A stretch of DNA of 64,000 nt from an uncultured Actinomycetes bacterium (GCA_963704885.1 CAVPIB010000008.1:32001-96000), one strand, 5' to 3'; counted from the first letter of the stretch, positions 29,270 to 39,527 are shown. Notes: generated by a model from the sequence alone, not told the origin. A program made the numbers and translations.

Positions 29270-30355
29270 CTAGCGATCCAGCCGGTAGAAGCGAAGGAAG
29301 TCGTGCTCGATCGGCAGGATCGAGACGTTCTCGAACCCGGCGCCCTTCGCGTAGTTCTCGAACGTCGCTCTCCTCATCACGGTGCCTGTCGCCGCTGAGG
29401 TGTGGTCGTCCATGGCCGAGGGCAGGCAGCACAGGACGCTGTAGGCGTAGAAGATCCGTTCGGTTTCACTGGCGGGCGCCGTGAACGAGTCCTCGGTCCG
29501 CTCGTCGGCGACTATCAGCGTGCCGCCGGGCTTCAGCATCCCTCTGATCGAGCTCAAGACCGCCACGGGCTGCGACATGTCGTGGATCGACTCGACCACG
29601 ACCGCCAGGTCGTAGCTGCCCTCTAGTGTGGGATCGGCCGCGTCCTTAGCGTGGAAGTTCACGCGGTCGGCGACGCCGGCCTCCTCGGCGTTGCGCGAGG
29701 CGAGCTCGATGGAAAGGTCGTCGGGATCGATGCCGTCGACCGTGATGTTGGGGTAGGCCCGCGCGAGCGAGATGGCGGCCCAGCCGACCCCGCACGCGAT
29801 GTCGGCGACCCGCGCACCCGACTCGCTCAGGAGCCGGTCGTGGATGTCGGAGATGGAAGGGATGTATTCGGTGCCGAGCGAACCCACGAGCCAGGGCCGG
29901 TTGAAGTCACCCTGCGCTTCGGTCATGTCTTGGCCGTACGCGCTCCAGGGGACCGGGCCTCCGCTGCGGAACGCGGCGACGAGGTCCGGCATGGCGCCCG
30001 ACACCGCGACGAACGACTTGCAGAACGGCGCGATGGAGTACGGACTCTCGGGATCCAGCAAAGGCTCGATGTGCCCCGGCGGCAGGCTGTATCGGCGCTC
30101 GTGCTCCTGGGCCGATACGTCGTCTACAGCCAAGATGCCGGCTGCCGCCTGCTGTTCCAGCCATTCCCGCGAGTATCGCTCGAAGATCCCAGCGGTCGCG
30201 GCGAGTTCGGGGGCAGTCAGAGAGCCCGCCCGCTCGAGAGCCCGATAGAGCCCGAGTTTGTCTCCGAGGTAGACGGTCAGGATCTCGGCCATCCCGAGAC
30301 CCGCCGAGAACAACCTCCCAACCAGCTCGTCGCGCTGGGAATCCACATCAACCAT
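29270..30355 (-). CDS. Class I SAM-dependent methyltransferase with N-terminal winged HTH (Rv2258c-like)
   Basis: GDKLGLY..ELA..ERYSREWL; VADIACGVG; ESIHDM; LKPGG. Confidence 0.88.
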   Translation of the reverse strand: MVDVDSQRDELVGRLFSAGLGMAEILTVYLGDKLGLYRALERAGSLTAPELAATAGIFERYSREWLEQQAAAGILAVDDVSAQEHERRYSLPPGHIEPLLDPESPYSIAPFCKSFVAVSGAMPDLVAAFRSGGPVPWSAYGQDMTEAQGDFNRPWLVGSLGTEYIPSISDIHDRLLSESGARVADIACGVGWAAISLARAYPNITVDGIDPDDLSIELASRNAEEAGVADRVNFHAKDAADPTLEGSYDLAVVVESIHDMSQPVAVLSSIRGMLKPGGTLIVADERTEDSFTAPASETERIFYAYSVLCCLPSAMDDHTSAATGTVMRRATFENYAKGAGFENVSILPIEHDFLRFYRLDR

Positions 30356-30446
30356 GACGATCTCCCCCTCGTTGTTCTGGAATCGACAGATGCTTCGTCG
30401 GGACCGATGTGGTTGTCAAGGTCCCGCGGCCTCACGATCTCCCGGC

Positions 30447-31364
30447 TCAGCGGTCCCGCAGTCGCGGACTGAGAACCTCGTCGAGGGCGTAGCCCACCAT
30501 CGTGAACGAGAGGGTCACGATCAAGATCGCGAGCCCTGGAGGTATCAGCCACCACCACCAGCCGGCGGAGAGCGCCCCGGCCGTGAAGGACTCCTCGATG
30601 ATTCGGCCCCACGAGATCGTGTTCGGGTCGCCCAGACCCAGGATCGCGAGCGTCGTCTCCGACAGGATCGCGAGAGCCACCATCAGGACGGCGTTCGCGA
30701 ACAGAACCGGGAAGACGTTCGGGAGCACGTGTCGTGTCAGGAGATGCCAATGCCCGGCACCCAGAGCGCGCGACCGTTCGATGAACGGTCGCTCTTTCAC
30801 GCTGAGGGCCTGTGATCGAACCAGCCGCGCGGTGCTCGCCCAAGAAGTGATCGCGATGACGAGGATCACGTTGAAGAGCGTCGGTCCCAGTATCGACGCC
30901 AGCGCGATCGCGAGCGCTATCCACGGCAGTACCAGGAACCAGTTCGTGAATGCGTTGAGCGCGGTGTCGACCTTCGTGCCTCCGAAGTAGCCCGCGGTGA
31001 TACCTACCGCGGCACCGATCAGGATCGCGCCCAAGGCGGCCGTGAAGCCGACAAGGAGCGAGATCCGTGTACCCACGATCATCAGCAAGAGCACGGATCG
31101 ACCGAAGTTATCGGTACCCAGGGGGAAGGCGAGCGAGGGCGGTGACAGGGGTACACCGGGTGCGGTGGCCGGGTCGATCGCCGAGGCCGGTACGAAGAAG
31201 GGTCCAACGATGGCGAGCACCACGAAGAACGTGAGAACCATCAGGCCGATGCGCCCCTGGCGGTTCTGCATGAAGGTCCGCCAGTGCGCGGCGATCGCCG
31301 CACGGCGCCGTCCCCAGATGAGAGACCGCGCCGACGGGTGCTCGAGCTTAGGCTCGGCCGACAT
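30447..31364 (-). CDS. Peptide/nickel-type ABC transporter permease (DppC/OppC-like)
   Basis: PLGTDNFGR; EAA-like FIERSRALGA; HVLPN; SWG; WWLIPPG. Confidence 0.92.
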   Translation of the reverse strand: MSAEPKLEHPSARSLIWGRRRAAIAAHWRTFMQNRQGRIGLMVLTFFVVLAIVGPFFVPASAIDPATAPGVPLSPPSLAFPLGTDNFGRSVLLLMIVGTRISLLVGFTAALGAILIGAAVGITAGYFGGTKVDTALNAFTNWFLVLPWIALAIALASILGPTLFNVILVIAITSWASTARLVRSQALSVKERPFIERSRALGAGHWHLLTRHVLPNVFPVLFANAVLMVALAILSETTLAILGLGDPNTISWGRIIEESFTAGALSAGWWWWLIPPGLAILIVTLSFTMVGYALDEVLSPRLRDR

Positions 31365-31365
31365 C

Positions 31366-32331
31366 TCAGGCCTCCCGCACGCGTGGATCGACGTAGCCGT
31401 AGGCCACGTCGGCGACTAGGTTGAACGCGATCACGGCCGCACTCGACAGCAGGAACACACCCTGGATCACTGGATAGTCGAGCGTCTGGATCGCGTTGTA
31501 CGTGAGCAGCCCGATCCCGGGCCATGAGAAGACAGCCTCGATCACTACCGCCCCGCCCAGCACGAAGCCGATGCTCAGGAAGATCAGCGTGAAGGTCGGG
31601 AGGAAGGCGTTGGGTACGACGTGCCTGCGCCGGATCATCGACTCGGGCACACCTTTGGCACGCGCGACCATGACGAAGTCCTCGTTCACCGTGTCGACCA
31701 TCGAGGAGCGCATGATGATGGAGTACGAGCCGATGTAGCCGAGCGTGAGCGTGAGCACGGGCAGGAACAGGTGATCGGCGATGTCGACGACCCGGGCCAT
31801 GCCGGTGAGTCCGCCCGACTCGAACCCCCCCGCCGGGAACCACCCCAGGATCCCCGAGAACGTGATCAGGAGCAGCATCCCGAGCCAGCCCTCGGGCATC
31901 GAGTACAGGACCATCGACCCGTAGAGAGTCGAGGTGTCGAACCGGCTCCCCCGTGACCACCCGCCCTTGATACCGATCAAGACCCCGAGCACGGTCGCGA
32001 ACAAGGTCCCGAGGCCCACCAAGAGCACGGTTGGCCACAACCGCGATCCGATGATCTCGGTCACAGGCCTCGCGGTTCGCAGAGAGACCCCGAGGTTCCC
32101 AGACAAGGTCTGCCCCACGTACGTCACGTACTGCTGCGGCAGCGGTTGGTCCAGCCCGAGCGTGGCTCGCTGCTCGGCGATGTCGGCCTCCGTCAGCCGC
32201 TGGCTGCGAGCCAGCAGCCCGATCGGGTCACCGGGCAGCACTCGGAAGAGGAAGAAGTTGAAGGTCAGCACGAACAGGAGCGTGACGAGCGCCTGAAGGA
32301 CCTTGCTCAACAGGTACCGCCGCGACCCCAC
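31366..32331 (-). CDS. Peptide/nickel-type ABC transporter permease (DppB/OppB-like)
   Basis: LPGDP, GLDQP, GNLGVS, FVMVARAKG, EAVFSWPGIG, DYPVIQG, DPRVR. Confidence 0.93.
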   Translation of the reverse strand: MGSRRYLLSKVLQALVTLLFVLTFNFFLFRVLPGDPIGLLARSQRLTEADIAEQRATLGLDQPLPQQYVTYVGQTLSGNLGVSLRTARPVTEIIGSRLWPTVLLVGLGTLFATVLGVLIGIKGGWSRGSRFDTSTLYGSMVLYSMPEGWLGMLLLITFSGILGWFPAGGFESGGLTGMARVVDIADHLFLPVLTLTLGYIGSYSIIMRSSMVDTVNEDFVMVARAKGVPESMIRRRHVVPNAFLPTFTLIFLSIGFVLGGAVVIEAVFSWPGIGLLTYNAIQTLDYPVIQGVFLLSSAAVIAFNLVADVAYGYVDPRVREA

Positions 32332-32356
32332 GGGCGTCGCTACCCGAGACCCTGCG

Positions 32357-34174
32357 TCAGGCCTCGTCTAGGTCGCGACGACGACCCCGGCGTACGATCA
32401 GAGCCGTGCCGCCCGCGATCGCGACGATCGCCACGAGCCACAGCCATCCCGGAACGCTTGAAGAGCCGGACGGCGCGGGCGAGCCGCCCGTCGACGTCAC
32501 GACCGGGTGGACGGCGACCAGCGAATCGTAGTTGTAGCCCGGCAACAGGTAGCCGTTCGCGCCCGGCGCAGGCACCCATCCCTCGAACCGATCGCTCCGG
32601 TAGGCCTGGACCCAGCCGGGGTATGCGAGGACCACGCCCGGGACCTGCTCGTACACGCGGCGCTGCGCATCGAACACGATCTGCTGCCGTTCCTCGCGAT
32701 CGAAGATCGTGCCCTGTTGTTCGTAGAGCGCGTCGAACGTCGGGTCCTTCCAGCAACCGTCGCTCCAGGAGCCGCACTGATCCGAAGTGAAGACGAACAG
32801 CTGGTAGTTAGGGTCTGGGTCTCCGCTCCAGTACCAGATGTAGGCATCGAAGCTCCCGGCGCCCCAGTAGTCGTTCATCTTCGCGTCGGTGACGGGTTTC
32901 AGGTTGACCTCGATCCCGATCGCGTTCAGGTAGCCAACGATCAGCTGACCGGCCTCGACGGCACCGGTGGTGTCCTGCGAGGCGGGGACCAGCATCTGGA
33001 GCGGTTCGCCGGTCGATGGGTCTTCGCGTACGCCATCGCCGTCGCTATCGGTGTACCCAGCCTCTTCGAGCATCGTGGCGGCGCCCTCGGGGTCGTAGGG
33101 GATCTCCTCGTCGGCGGGGATGTCCAGATGCCAGAAGGCGGAAGCCGGCCGGATGATCGTATCTCCGGTCGTCGCGGTCCCCTGATAGACCTTGTCCGCG
33201 ATCGCCTGCTTGTCGATCGCCATCGCGATCGCCCGACGCACGTCGAGGTCCTGCAGCGCCGGAAGCGGGTCCGCGTCGGGCCCCTGTCCGCCGAAGTTGA
33301 ACGCGAGGTTGAGCCACCAGTCCGAAACGACCTTCTGCACGGTCACGCCGTCCATGCTTTCGAGCGACTTCACGAGCGAAGGCTGGACACCGTCGGCAAC
33401 GTCTATCTCGCCGTTGCGCAGTGCCTGCGTCATCGCTTCTTCGTTCGAGTACACGCGGTACTCGATCTTGTCGACAGCCGGCTCCTCGCCCCAGAAGTAG
33501 GGGTTCTTCTCCATGGTCCAGCCCTGCCCCTGACTCCATCCTGTGAGGATGAACGGCCCGCTCGCGATGGAAGGGGTATTGGGCTGCGTCTTGATCTCGG
33601 CCAAGCCTTCGTCGGCCACGTCTTTCCACACCTTCTCCGGCACGACGTACGCCCAAGGCGGCATGTCGGGCGCGAAGGTCGGTTCCTCCGAGCGCCAGAT
33701 CAGGGTCCGGTCATCGGGGGTTTCGAAGGTGGGGTTGAACTTGAAGTAGCTCCTGTACTGCGGGATCTTGTTGTCGATGATGATGCGGTAGGAGAAGGCG
33801 ACGTCGCGAGAGGTGAGGGCCGACCCGTCGCTCCACTTCAGTCCCTCGCGCAGGGTGCAGGTCCACACGGTGGAGTCGGTGTTCGCCTCGCATCCCTCGG
33901 CGAGGCTGGGCGCGGGGGAGAGCGTCTCGCTGTCGAACTTCAGCAGCATGTCGTACTGGGCGGTCACGACGGTCCAGTCGCTGCCGGCACTCACCGCGAA
34001 TGGGTTGTCGGTGATCAGATCGACCGTGGTGCCGACACGCAGAACGACCGGAGCATCCGCAGCATCCGACGCTTGCCCCTGCGCGAGCGGCGCGGCTGCG
34101 GAGAGGATCGCGATCGTCACGGCGGAGGTCGCCCCCAGCACCCGGATCCTGCTCCGACGTCTCGCTGCCGTCAT
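32357..34174 (-). CDS. ABC transporter substrate-binding protein, family 5, with C-terminal TM anchor
   Basis: Signal peptide; LREGLKWSDG, SGPF, KNPYFW, VRRAIAMAIDK; ends with Ser/Gly linker + hydrophobic helix + RRGRRR. Confidence 0.92.
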   Translation of the reverse strand: MTAARRRSRIRVLGATSAVTIAILSAAAPLAQGQASDAADAPVVLRVGTTVDLITDNPFAVSAGSDWTVVTAQYDMLLKFDSETLSPAPSLAEGCEANTDSTVWTCTLREGLKWSDGSALTSRDVAFSYRIIIDNKIPQYRSYFKFNPTFETPDDRTLIWRSEEPTFAPDMPPWAYVVPEKVWKDVADEGLAEIKTQPNTPSIASGPFILTGWSQGQGWTMEKNPYFWGEEPAVDKIEYRVYSNEEAMTQALRNGEIDVADGVQPSLVKSLESMDGVTVQKVVSDWWLNLAFNFGGQGPDADPLPALQDLDVRRAIAMAIDKQAIADKVYQGTATTGDTIIRPASAFWHLDIPADEEIPYDPEGAATMLEEAGYTDSDGDGVREDPSTGEPLQMLVPASQDTTGAVEAGQLIVGYLNAIGIEVNLKPVTDAKMNDYWGAGSFDAYIWYWSGDPDPNYQLFVFTSDQCGSWSDGCWKDPTFDALYEQQGTIFDREERQQIVFDAQRRVYEQVPGVVLAYPGWVQAYRSDRFEGWVPAPGANGYLLPGYNYDSLVAVHPVVTSTGGSPAPSGSSSVPGWLWLVAIVAIAGGTALIVRRGRRRDLDEA

Positions 34175-34272
34175 GCCACCCTCCCGTACCGTCGCCGCGT
34201 CGACGCACCCCTACGACCCAGTACGCGCCACGGCCGGAATCTAGCCTGCGCCTCGCCGGCGACATACTCCAT

Positions 34273-34291
34273 GCGTGCCGTGGCGGCAACA
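34273..34291. promoter_or_regulatory. Candidate IclR operator, copy 1 (GCGTGCCGTGGCGGCAACA)
   Basis: 18/19 identical to 35371-35389; core dyad TGCC-N5-GGCA; lies upstream of the ABC operon. Confidence 0.55.
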
Positions 34292-34328
34292 TCCGTCTGA
34301 AGCTCGTGTGCGGATGCCTGGTCGGCGC

Positions 34329-35291
34329 TCAGATCGCGTTCGACCATGCCTTGCGTCCCGTCTGGTCCTCGACCACGAGTCGTCGGTAGGGGAGCCCCGC
34401 CGGCGGAGTGAACCGCGCCCGCACGATCAGGCCACGGTCGTCGCGCTCCAAGATCCTGGACTCAAGCTGCAACCCGCGGTGGTCGGCGCGCACCGACCAG
34501 CCGTGTTCGCGGTGGGACACCAGGTTGATCATCCGGGCGGGGCTGCACCGGAGCTCGAGGGTCTCGCCGTCGCGCTGCACATCCAGGATCTGCGGCCCAT
34601 TCGACGCGTACGTGTGCCCTCGCCGGAGCGCCTCGAGGAAGGCCTCCTCTGATCGCTCGCTCGCGCGAACCATGGTCCAGCCGTCGTTGATGTCGAACCC
34701 GGGGTAGTGACAGTCGTCGGTGCCGAATCCCCACAGCTGTCTCCCGCGCTCGAGCGCCAGGTCCCAGACGTAGCTCGAGTCGCCGCGGCCGTTCTCGCGC
34801 TCCGAGCTCGCGTTCCAAACCTCGAGTCCGACGGCGCCCTCGGTCTCGAGGATCACCTCATGTGGCATACCGCTCCAATACGGGTGCGCGATGAATGGGA
34901 CCCCGCCCTGTCCCCTTATGTTCGCGGCAGCTGCTGAGAGGTCCGGGAAGGTCTTGTAGTGATAGGCGTCGACCGGCCCCCAGTTCTTCCTGTCGCCGCC
35001 TGGATCCTCGGGTATGTCCGAGATCCCGATCGCGAGGATCTCGACGTCGTTGTTCATCCCCGTTCCAGGGTCGGCCGCTAGCTCGGCGCCGACGATGACG
35101 AGGATGTGCTCCGAGGAGGGCACGTGCGTGAGCGTCCAGTGATCCGTGATCGCTACGACATCGAAGCCCGCCCATTCGTGGTGGCGGACGTGCGCATCGG
35201 GCTCGAGCTCCCCGTCCGAGCGGCGCGAGTGTGTGTGCAGGGCGGCCTTCATCCATACCCCGTCCGCGTCGAACGGGAATCCCTCCGTCAT
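34329..35291 (-). CDS. PHP-domain metallohydrolase (CehA/McbA-like)
   Basis: LHTHSRRSDG, AITDH, GAE, IAHPYW, LEVWN, GTDDCH; SD AAGGGAGG. Confidence 0.85.
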   Translation of the reverse strand: MTEGFPFDADGVWMKAALHTHSRRSDGELEPDAHVRHHEWAGFDVVAITDHWTLTHVPSSEHILVIVGAELAADPGTGMNNDVEILAIGISDIPEDPGGDRKNWGPVDAYHYKTFPDLSAAAANIRGQGGVPFIAHPYWSGMPHEVILETEGAVGLEVWNASSERENGRGDSSYVWDLALERGRQLWGFGTDDCHYPGFDINDGWTMVRASERSEEAFLEALRRGHTYASNGPQILDVQRDGETLELRCSPARMINLVSHREHGWSVRADHRGLQLESRILERDDRGLIVRARFTPPAGLPYRRLVVEDQTGRKAWSNAI

Positions 35292-35370
35292 GCCGGTACC
35301 TCCCTTCCGGGTCGTTCGGTGGCCGGCGCGGCGGACGCTAGCGATGCGAGGTTCTGTGCCACAAGGTAAC

Positions 35371-35389
35371 GCGTGCCCTGGCGGCAACA
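35371..35389. promoter_or_regulatory. Candidate IclR operator, copy 2 (GCGTGCCCTGGCGGCAACA)
   Basis: In the divergent PHP/IclR promoter, with a degenerate adjacent copy GTGCCACAAGGTAAC at 35356-35370. Confidence 0.55.
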
Positions 35390-35414
35390 CCACGGTCAAG
35401 GGTAGGCTCGTTCG

Positions 35415-36167
35415 GTGCGGGTGACGGACTCGGCCGAACGGGTGGTAGAGGTACTCGACATGATCGGCGCCGCGCCGGAGGGGCTCAGGGTATCCGAGGT
35501 CGCACACGAGCTGGGCGTACACCGGTCGACAGCTTCGCGGCTCCTCGGGACGCTCGCAGCCAGCCGGATCGTCGAGCGGGATGAACCGTCGACCCGCTAT
35601 CGGCTTGGAGCGCGGATCGTGGGGCTCGCAGCGAGTGCCGTTGCACGGCTCCCTGTCGTGAGCCAGGCCCGGCCTGAGCTCGAACAGCTCTCAGTCGCTT
35701 CGTCGGAGACGGCCAACCTCTCGATCCTCGACGGTGCCCACGTGGTCTATGTGGATCAGATCACGCCAGCCCAGACGGTGGTGATGGCGAGCTGGGTCGG
35801 CCGCCGGAGCCCTGCTCACGCGAGCTCCAGCGGCAAGGTGATGCTCGCATTCGGAGATCCCGAAGTCCTCGAGTTCGTGTTGCGTGCAAGGCTCGAGGCC
35901 GTCACGCCGAAGACCGTGACGGATCCTGGGGAGCTCCGGGCGATCCTCGAACAGACACGTCGGCGCGGCTACGCGGTGAGCACCGGGGAGCTGGAGGAGG
36001 GACTCGTCACCATCGCGGCGCCGGTGGTCGTACACGGGTTGGCGGTGGCGGCCGTCAGCCTATCCGGCCCGTCGTTCCGGATCCCGGCCCGTGATGTCTC
36101 AAGGCTGGCGAGGCTGCTGATAGATGCTGCGGTGGCGGTCGGCCATCGGATCGCGGGCAGAGCTTGA
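35415..36167 (+). CDS. IclR-family transcriptional regulator
   Basis: HTH VSEVAHELGVHRSTASRLL, YRLG, HASSSGKVMLA, RRRGYA, AAPV, AVSLSGP. Confidence 0.93.
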   Translation: MRVTDSAERVVEVLDMIGAAPEGLRVSEVAHELGVHRSTASRLLGTLAASRIVERDEPSTRYRLGARIVGLAASAVARLPVVSQARPELEQLSVASSETANLSILDGAHVVYVDQITPAQTVVMASWVGRRSPAHASSSGKVMLAFGDPEVLEFVLRARLEAVTPKTVTDPGELRAILEQTRRRGYAVSTGELEEGLVTIAAPVVVHGLAVAAVSLSGPSFRIPARDVSRLARLLIDAAVAVGHRIAGRA

Positions 36168-36212
36168 GGTCGACCTTCGGCCTAGGAGGAGTTACTCCCT
36201 TCGCGCACCGGA

Positions 36213-36470
36213 ATGGCCGACAGACCGCTGGGATTCCTCCCGCTGGTTCGCTACCGTTCGCAGACCGACGAGGAGGACGCGCCTGTGGGATCTGGCACCA
36301 GCACTTACGACATCGCATCCGGTCTTCGAGACCGGCTCTCCGACTCCGAGCCGCTGCATCCGTTCGAGCTGGAATCTCAACTGAGGGCCTTGGTCCTGGA
36401 ACGGCTCGAGGGCGAAGCCGAGCCTACGTCGATCCCGCCTCGTCGAGGTCTGTTCCGGCGAGCTCGCTAG
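36213..36470 (+). CDS. Hypothetical small protein
   Basis: 85-aa ORF filling the gap between the IclR and oxidoreductase genes; ends RRGLFRRAR. Confidence 0.45.
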   Translation: MADRPLGFLPLVRYRSQTDEEDAPVGSGTSTYDIASGLRDRLSDSEPLHPFELESQLRALVLERLEGEAEPTSIPPRRGLFRRAR

Positions 36471-36532
36471 GAGTGCCGTGCTGAGCCTCTGACCGGTCAC
36501 CCGATCCGATCAGTAGGTATTAGGCTTCACCG

Positions 36533-38605
36533 GTGGCCATCGCCGAGCTGCCCGTCCGAACCGTACGCGGGGCCTGCCCCCACGATTGCCCGGACACCTG
36601 CGCATGGACCGTCACGGTGCAAGACGGGCGTGCCGTCGAATTGAAGGGCGACCCCGACCATCCGTTCACTCGCGGCGGGCTCTGCACCAAGGTCAATCAC
36701 TTCCTGGAGGACAGGACCTACAACCCTGACCGGCTGCTGCAACCGCTCCGGCGAAGCGGACCGAAGGGCTCGGGATCGTTCGAGTCCGTGACCTGGGATC
36801 AGGCGCTGGAAGAGATCGCCTCGCGATTGAAGGCGATCGTCGCGGAGAGCGGCGGAGAGGCCGTGATGCCCTACAGCTACATGGGCACACAGGGTCTGCT
36901 CCAGGGGAGTGCGATGAGCGATCCCTTCTTCGCGCGGATGGGCGCCACCCATCTGGTGCGGTCGGTCTGCGGAAGCGCTGGCTTGGCCGGCTTGAACGTG
37001 ACGATGGGCGGGGGGCCCTGGTTGCTGCCCGAAGAGCTCGCCCTCAGCCGCCACATCATCTTGTGGGGCACGAACACCATCTCCACCAACCTCCACCTGT
37101 GGCCGTTCATCCGCGAGGCCAAAGCGCAGGGCGCTACGGTCGTCGTGATCGATCCGTCGAAGACCCGCACGGCCGCCGCCGCGGACCGCCACATCCGCCC
37201 GATGCCGGGGACCGACGCGGCGTTGGCCATGGGAATGATGAATGTGATCGTGGACGAGGGTCTGCACGACGAGGACTACCTGGATCGGTACACGGTCGGG
37301 TTCGACCGGCTGATCGAGCGGTTGCCCGAGTACACGCCCGAACGCGTCTCGCTCATCACGCGCGTCGACCCCGACGAGATCCGCGATCTCGCGCGCGCGT
37401 ATGCGACCGCGCGCCCGTCCGCGATCCGGATGCTGGTGGGCATGGAACATCACGCTAACGGCGCCGCCGCCTATCGCGCCATCAGCTGTCTGCCGGCGGT
37501 GATCGGCGCCTGGCGCGAGCGCGGCGGCGGTCTGTCCCACATGACGTTCCAGGTTTTCGAAGACATCGACTGGTCGTGCGGCATCGACGTTCCGCGCGAT
37601 CCTCACGTCCGGGCGGTGAACATGATCCAGATCGGCCGCGCGCTCACCGACGCCGCCATGGACCCGCCGGTACGGGCGCTGGTCGTCTACAACTCCAATC
37701 CGGCGGCGATCGCGCCGAACCAGAACGCGGTGCTGGAGGGTCTTCGCCGCGAGGATCTGTTCACCGTGGTGCTGGAGCACGTCATGACGGACACGGCCCT
37801 TCACGCGGACTACGTGCTTCCGGCCACCACCGAGGTGGAGCATCTGGACGTGCTGTGGTCGTGGGGCCAGACGTACCTCACATACAACGATCGAGCGATC
37901 GACCCTGTGGGCGAGGCCCTGCCCAACACCGAGATCTTCCGAAGGCTGGCTGCCCGAATGGGGTTCGCCGATCCGGCGTTCAGCGTGAGCGACGAGCAGC
38001 TGGTGGAGAAAGCGCTGGCACCCCTGGGTCCCGAGCGCACGGACCAACTCCGCGAACTAGGTTGGCTCCGCCTGGATACGGAGGAGCACGTGCTCCCGCA
38101 CGCAGAAGGCGGGTTCGGCACGCCGTCAGGCAAGTGCGAGCTCTACTCGGAGCGCCTCGCCGCAGCTGGCATGGACCCGCTCCCCGGGTTCGAGGCTGCC
38201 GTTGAGAGCCCTGCAGGAGATCCCGACCTGGCCGCGCGTTACCCCCTGGCGCTGCTCACCTCCAAGGGCGCGCACCACTTCCTGAACTCCAGCTACGGCA
38301 ACGTGGAGCGGGCTCTCAAGGCCGAGAAGACCCCCTTTCTCGACCTGCATCCCGACGACGCGGCGCCGCGCGGCATCGCCGACGGCGACAGCGTCCGTGT
38401 GTTCAACGACCGCGGGTCCGTTGAGCTACCGGCCCGGGTCGGCGACAAGGTGCGGTCTGGCGTGGCGGCCATGCCATCCGGTTGGTGGGCCTCACGCTCC
38501 CCGTCGGGATCGTCGGCGAACGCGCTCACCCCGGACGGCCTCTCCGACCTAGGCGGCGGCGGGGACTTCCACAGCGCGCTCGTGCAGGTGGAGAAGGTGC
38601 GCTAG
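36533..38605 (+). CDS. Molybdopterin (bis-MGD) oxidoreductase family protein
   Basis: CPHDCPDTC..C Fe-S motif, GDPDHPFTRGGLC, PGTDAALA, YNSNP, DTALHADYVLPA, TPSGK, LHPDDA. Confidence 0.92.
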   Translation: MAIAELPVRTVRGACPHDCPDTCAWTVTVQDGRAVELKGDPDHPFTRGGLCTKVNHFLEDRTYNPDRLLQPLRRSGPKGSGSFESVTWDQALEEIASRLKAIVAESGGEAVMPYSYMGTQGLLQGSAMSDPFFARMGATHLVRSVCGSAGLAGLNVTMGGGPWLLPEELALSRHIILWGTNTISTNLHLWPFIREAKAQGATVVVIDPSKTRTAAAADRHIRPMPGTDAALAMGMMNVIVDEGLHDEDYLDRYTVGFDRLIERLPEYTPERVSLITRVDPDEIRDLARAYATARPSAIRMLVGMEHHANGAAAYRAISCLPAVIGAWRERGGGLSHMTFQVFEDIDWSCGIDVPRDPHVRAVNMIQIGRALTDAAMDPPVRALVVYNSNPAAIAPNQNAVLEGLRREDLFTVVLEHVMTDTALHADYVLPATTEVEHLDVLWSWGQTYLTYNDRAIDPVGEALPNTEIFRRLAARMGFADPAFSVSDEQLVEKALAPLGPERTDQLRELGWLRLDTEEHVLPHAEGGFGTPSGKCELYSERLAAAGMDPLPGFEAAVESPAGDPDLAARYPLALLTSKGAHHFLNSSYGNVERALKAEKTPFLDLHPDDAAPRGIADGDSVRVFNDRGSVELPARVGDKVRSGVAAMPSGWWASRSPSGSSANALTPDGLSDLGGGGDFHSALVQVEKVR

Positions 38606-38624
38606 CTCTGGGTAGGCTCCCGGG

Positions 38625-39527
38625 ATGGAGCTACCCGGCCCTCTGGTCTCGCCCGGTTGGCTCGCCGAGCATCTCGGAGAGCCCGGTCTGGCTTTGGTCG
38701 ATGTGCGGTGGGTCCGTGAGGGTTCGGCTCGCGACGCGTTCGAAGCCGGGCACATCGACGGCGCCGTGTTCCTGGATGCCGACGACGATCTGTCGGCGAT
38801 AGGTCAGGGTCCCGGACGGCATCCGCTTCCCTCGCCGGACGTGTTCGCGCACACGATGTCGCACGTCGGGATCGGCGACGACACAGCGGTGGTGGCCTAC
38901 GACGACGCCTCGGGCTCGATCGCGGCGCGTCTGTGGTGGATGCTCGATGTGATCGGGCATACGGCTGCACTCCTGGACGGTGGGCTGGTGGCGTGGACCG
39001 GGCGGCGCGCCGCTGGGCCGGCACCGGTCGAGGATGCCGGGATGACCTTCACCCCTCGTCCCTGGCCGCCCGAGCGAGTGATGGATGCGGATGACGTTCT
39101 CACCTCGCTCGCCGCGAACGCCTCAGTGGCCCTTGACGCGCGGATCGGGGAGCGGTACCGAGGTGAGGTCGAGCCGATCGACCCGGTCGCGGGTCACATC
39201 CCCGGCGCACGTTCCGCGCCGTGGACCGATAACGTGGACCCCGAAACAGGCCTCTTCCATCCGAGCGATCGCTTAAGGGAACTGTACGAAGCCAAGGGCA
39301 TCCGCACCGGGGACGACGCGATCGTCTACTGCGGTTCCGGGCTCACTGCGGCGCACGACCTCCTCGCGATGAGAGTGGCCGGATTCCCGCGCAACGGTAA
39401 GCTCTACGGCGGCTCGTGGTCCGGGTGGATCGAGGATCCGACGAGACCGGTCGCGACCGGCGACGAGCCCGGGGCCGACGCTAGAGGTTCATCCGCTTGG
39501 TCGGCTGATGCACCAAGCGATCGGTGA
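38625..39527 (+). CDS. Tandem-domain sulfurtransferase (rhodanese / 3-mercaptopyruvate sulfurtransferase type)
   Basis: GHIDGA, GRHPLP, AARLWW, LDGG, GHIPGA, active site YCGSGLTA, YGGSWSGW. Confidence 0.92.
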   Translation: MELPGPLVSPGWLAEHLGEPGLALVDVRWVREGSARDAFEAGHIDGAVFLDADDDLSAIGQGPGRHPLPSPDVFAHTMSHVGIGDDTAVVAYDDASGSIAARLWWMLDVIGHTAALLDGGLVAWTGRRAAGPAPVEDAGMTFTPRPWPPERVMDADDVLTSLAANASVALDARIGERYRGEVEPIDPVAGHIPGARSAPWTDNVDPETGLFHPSDRLRELYEAKGIRTGDDAIVYCGSGLTAAHDLLAMRVAGFPRNGKLYGGSWSGWIEDPTRPVATGDEPGADARGSSAWSADAPSDR

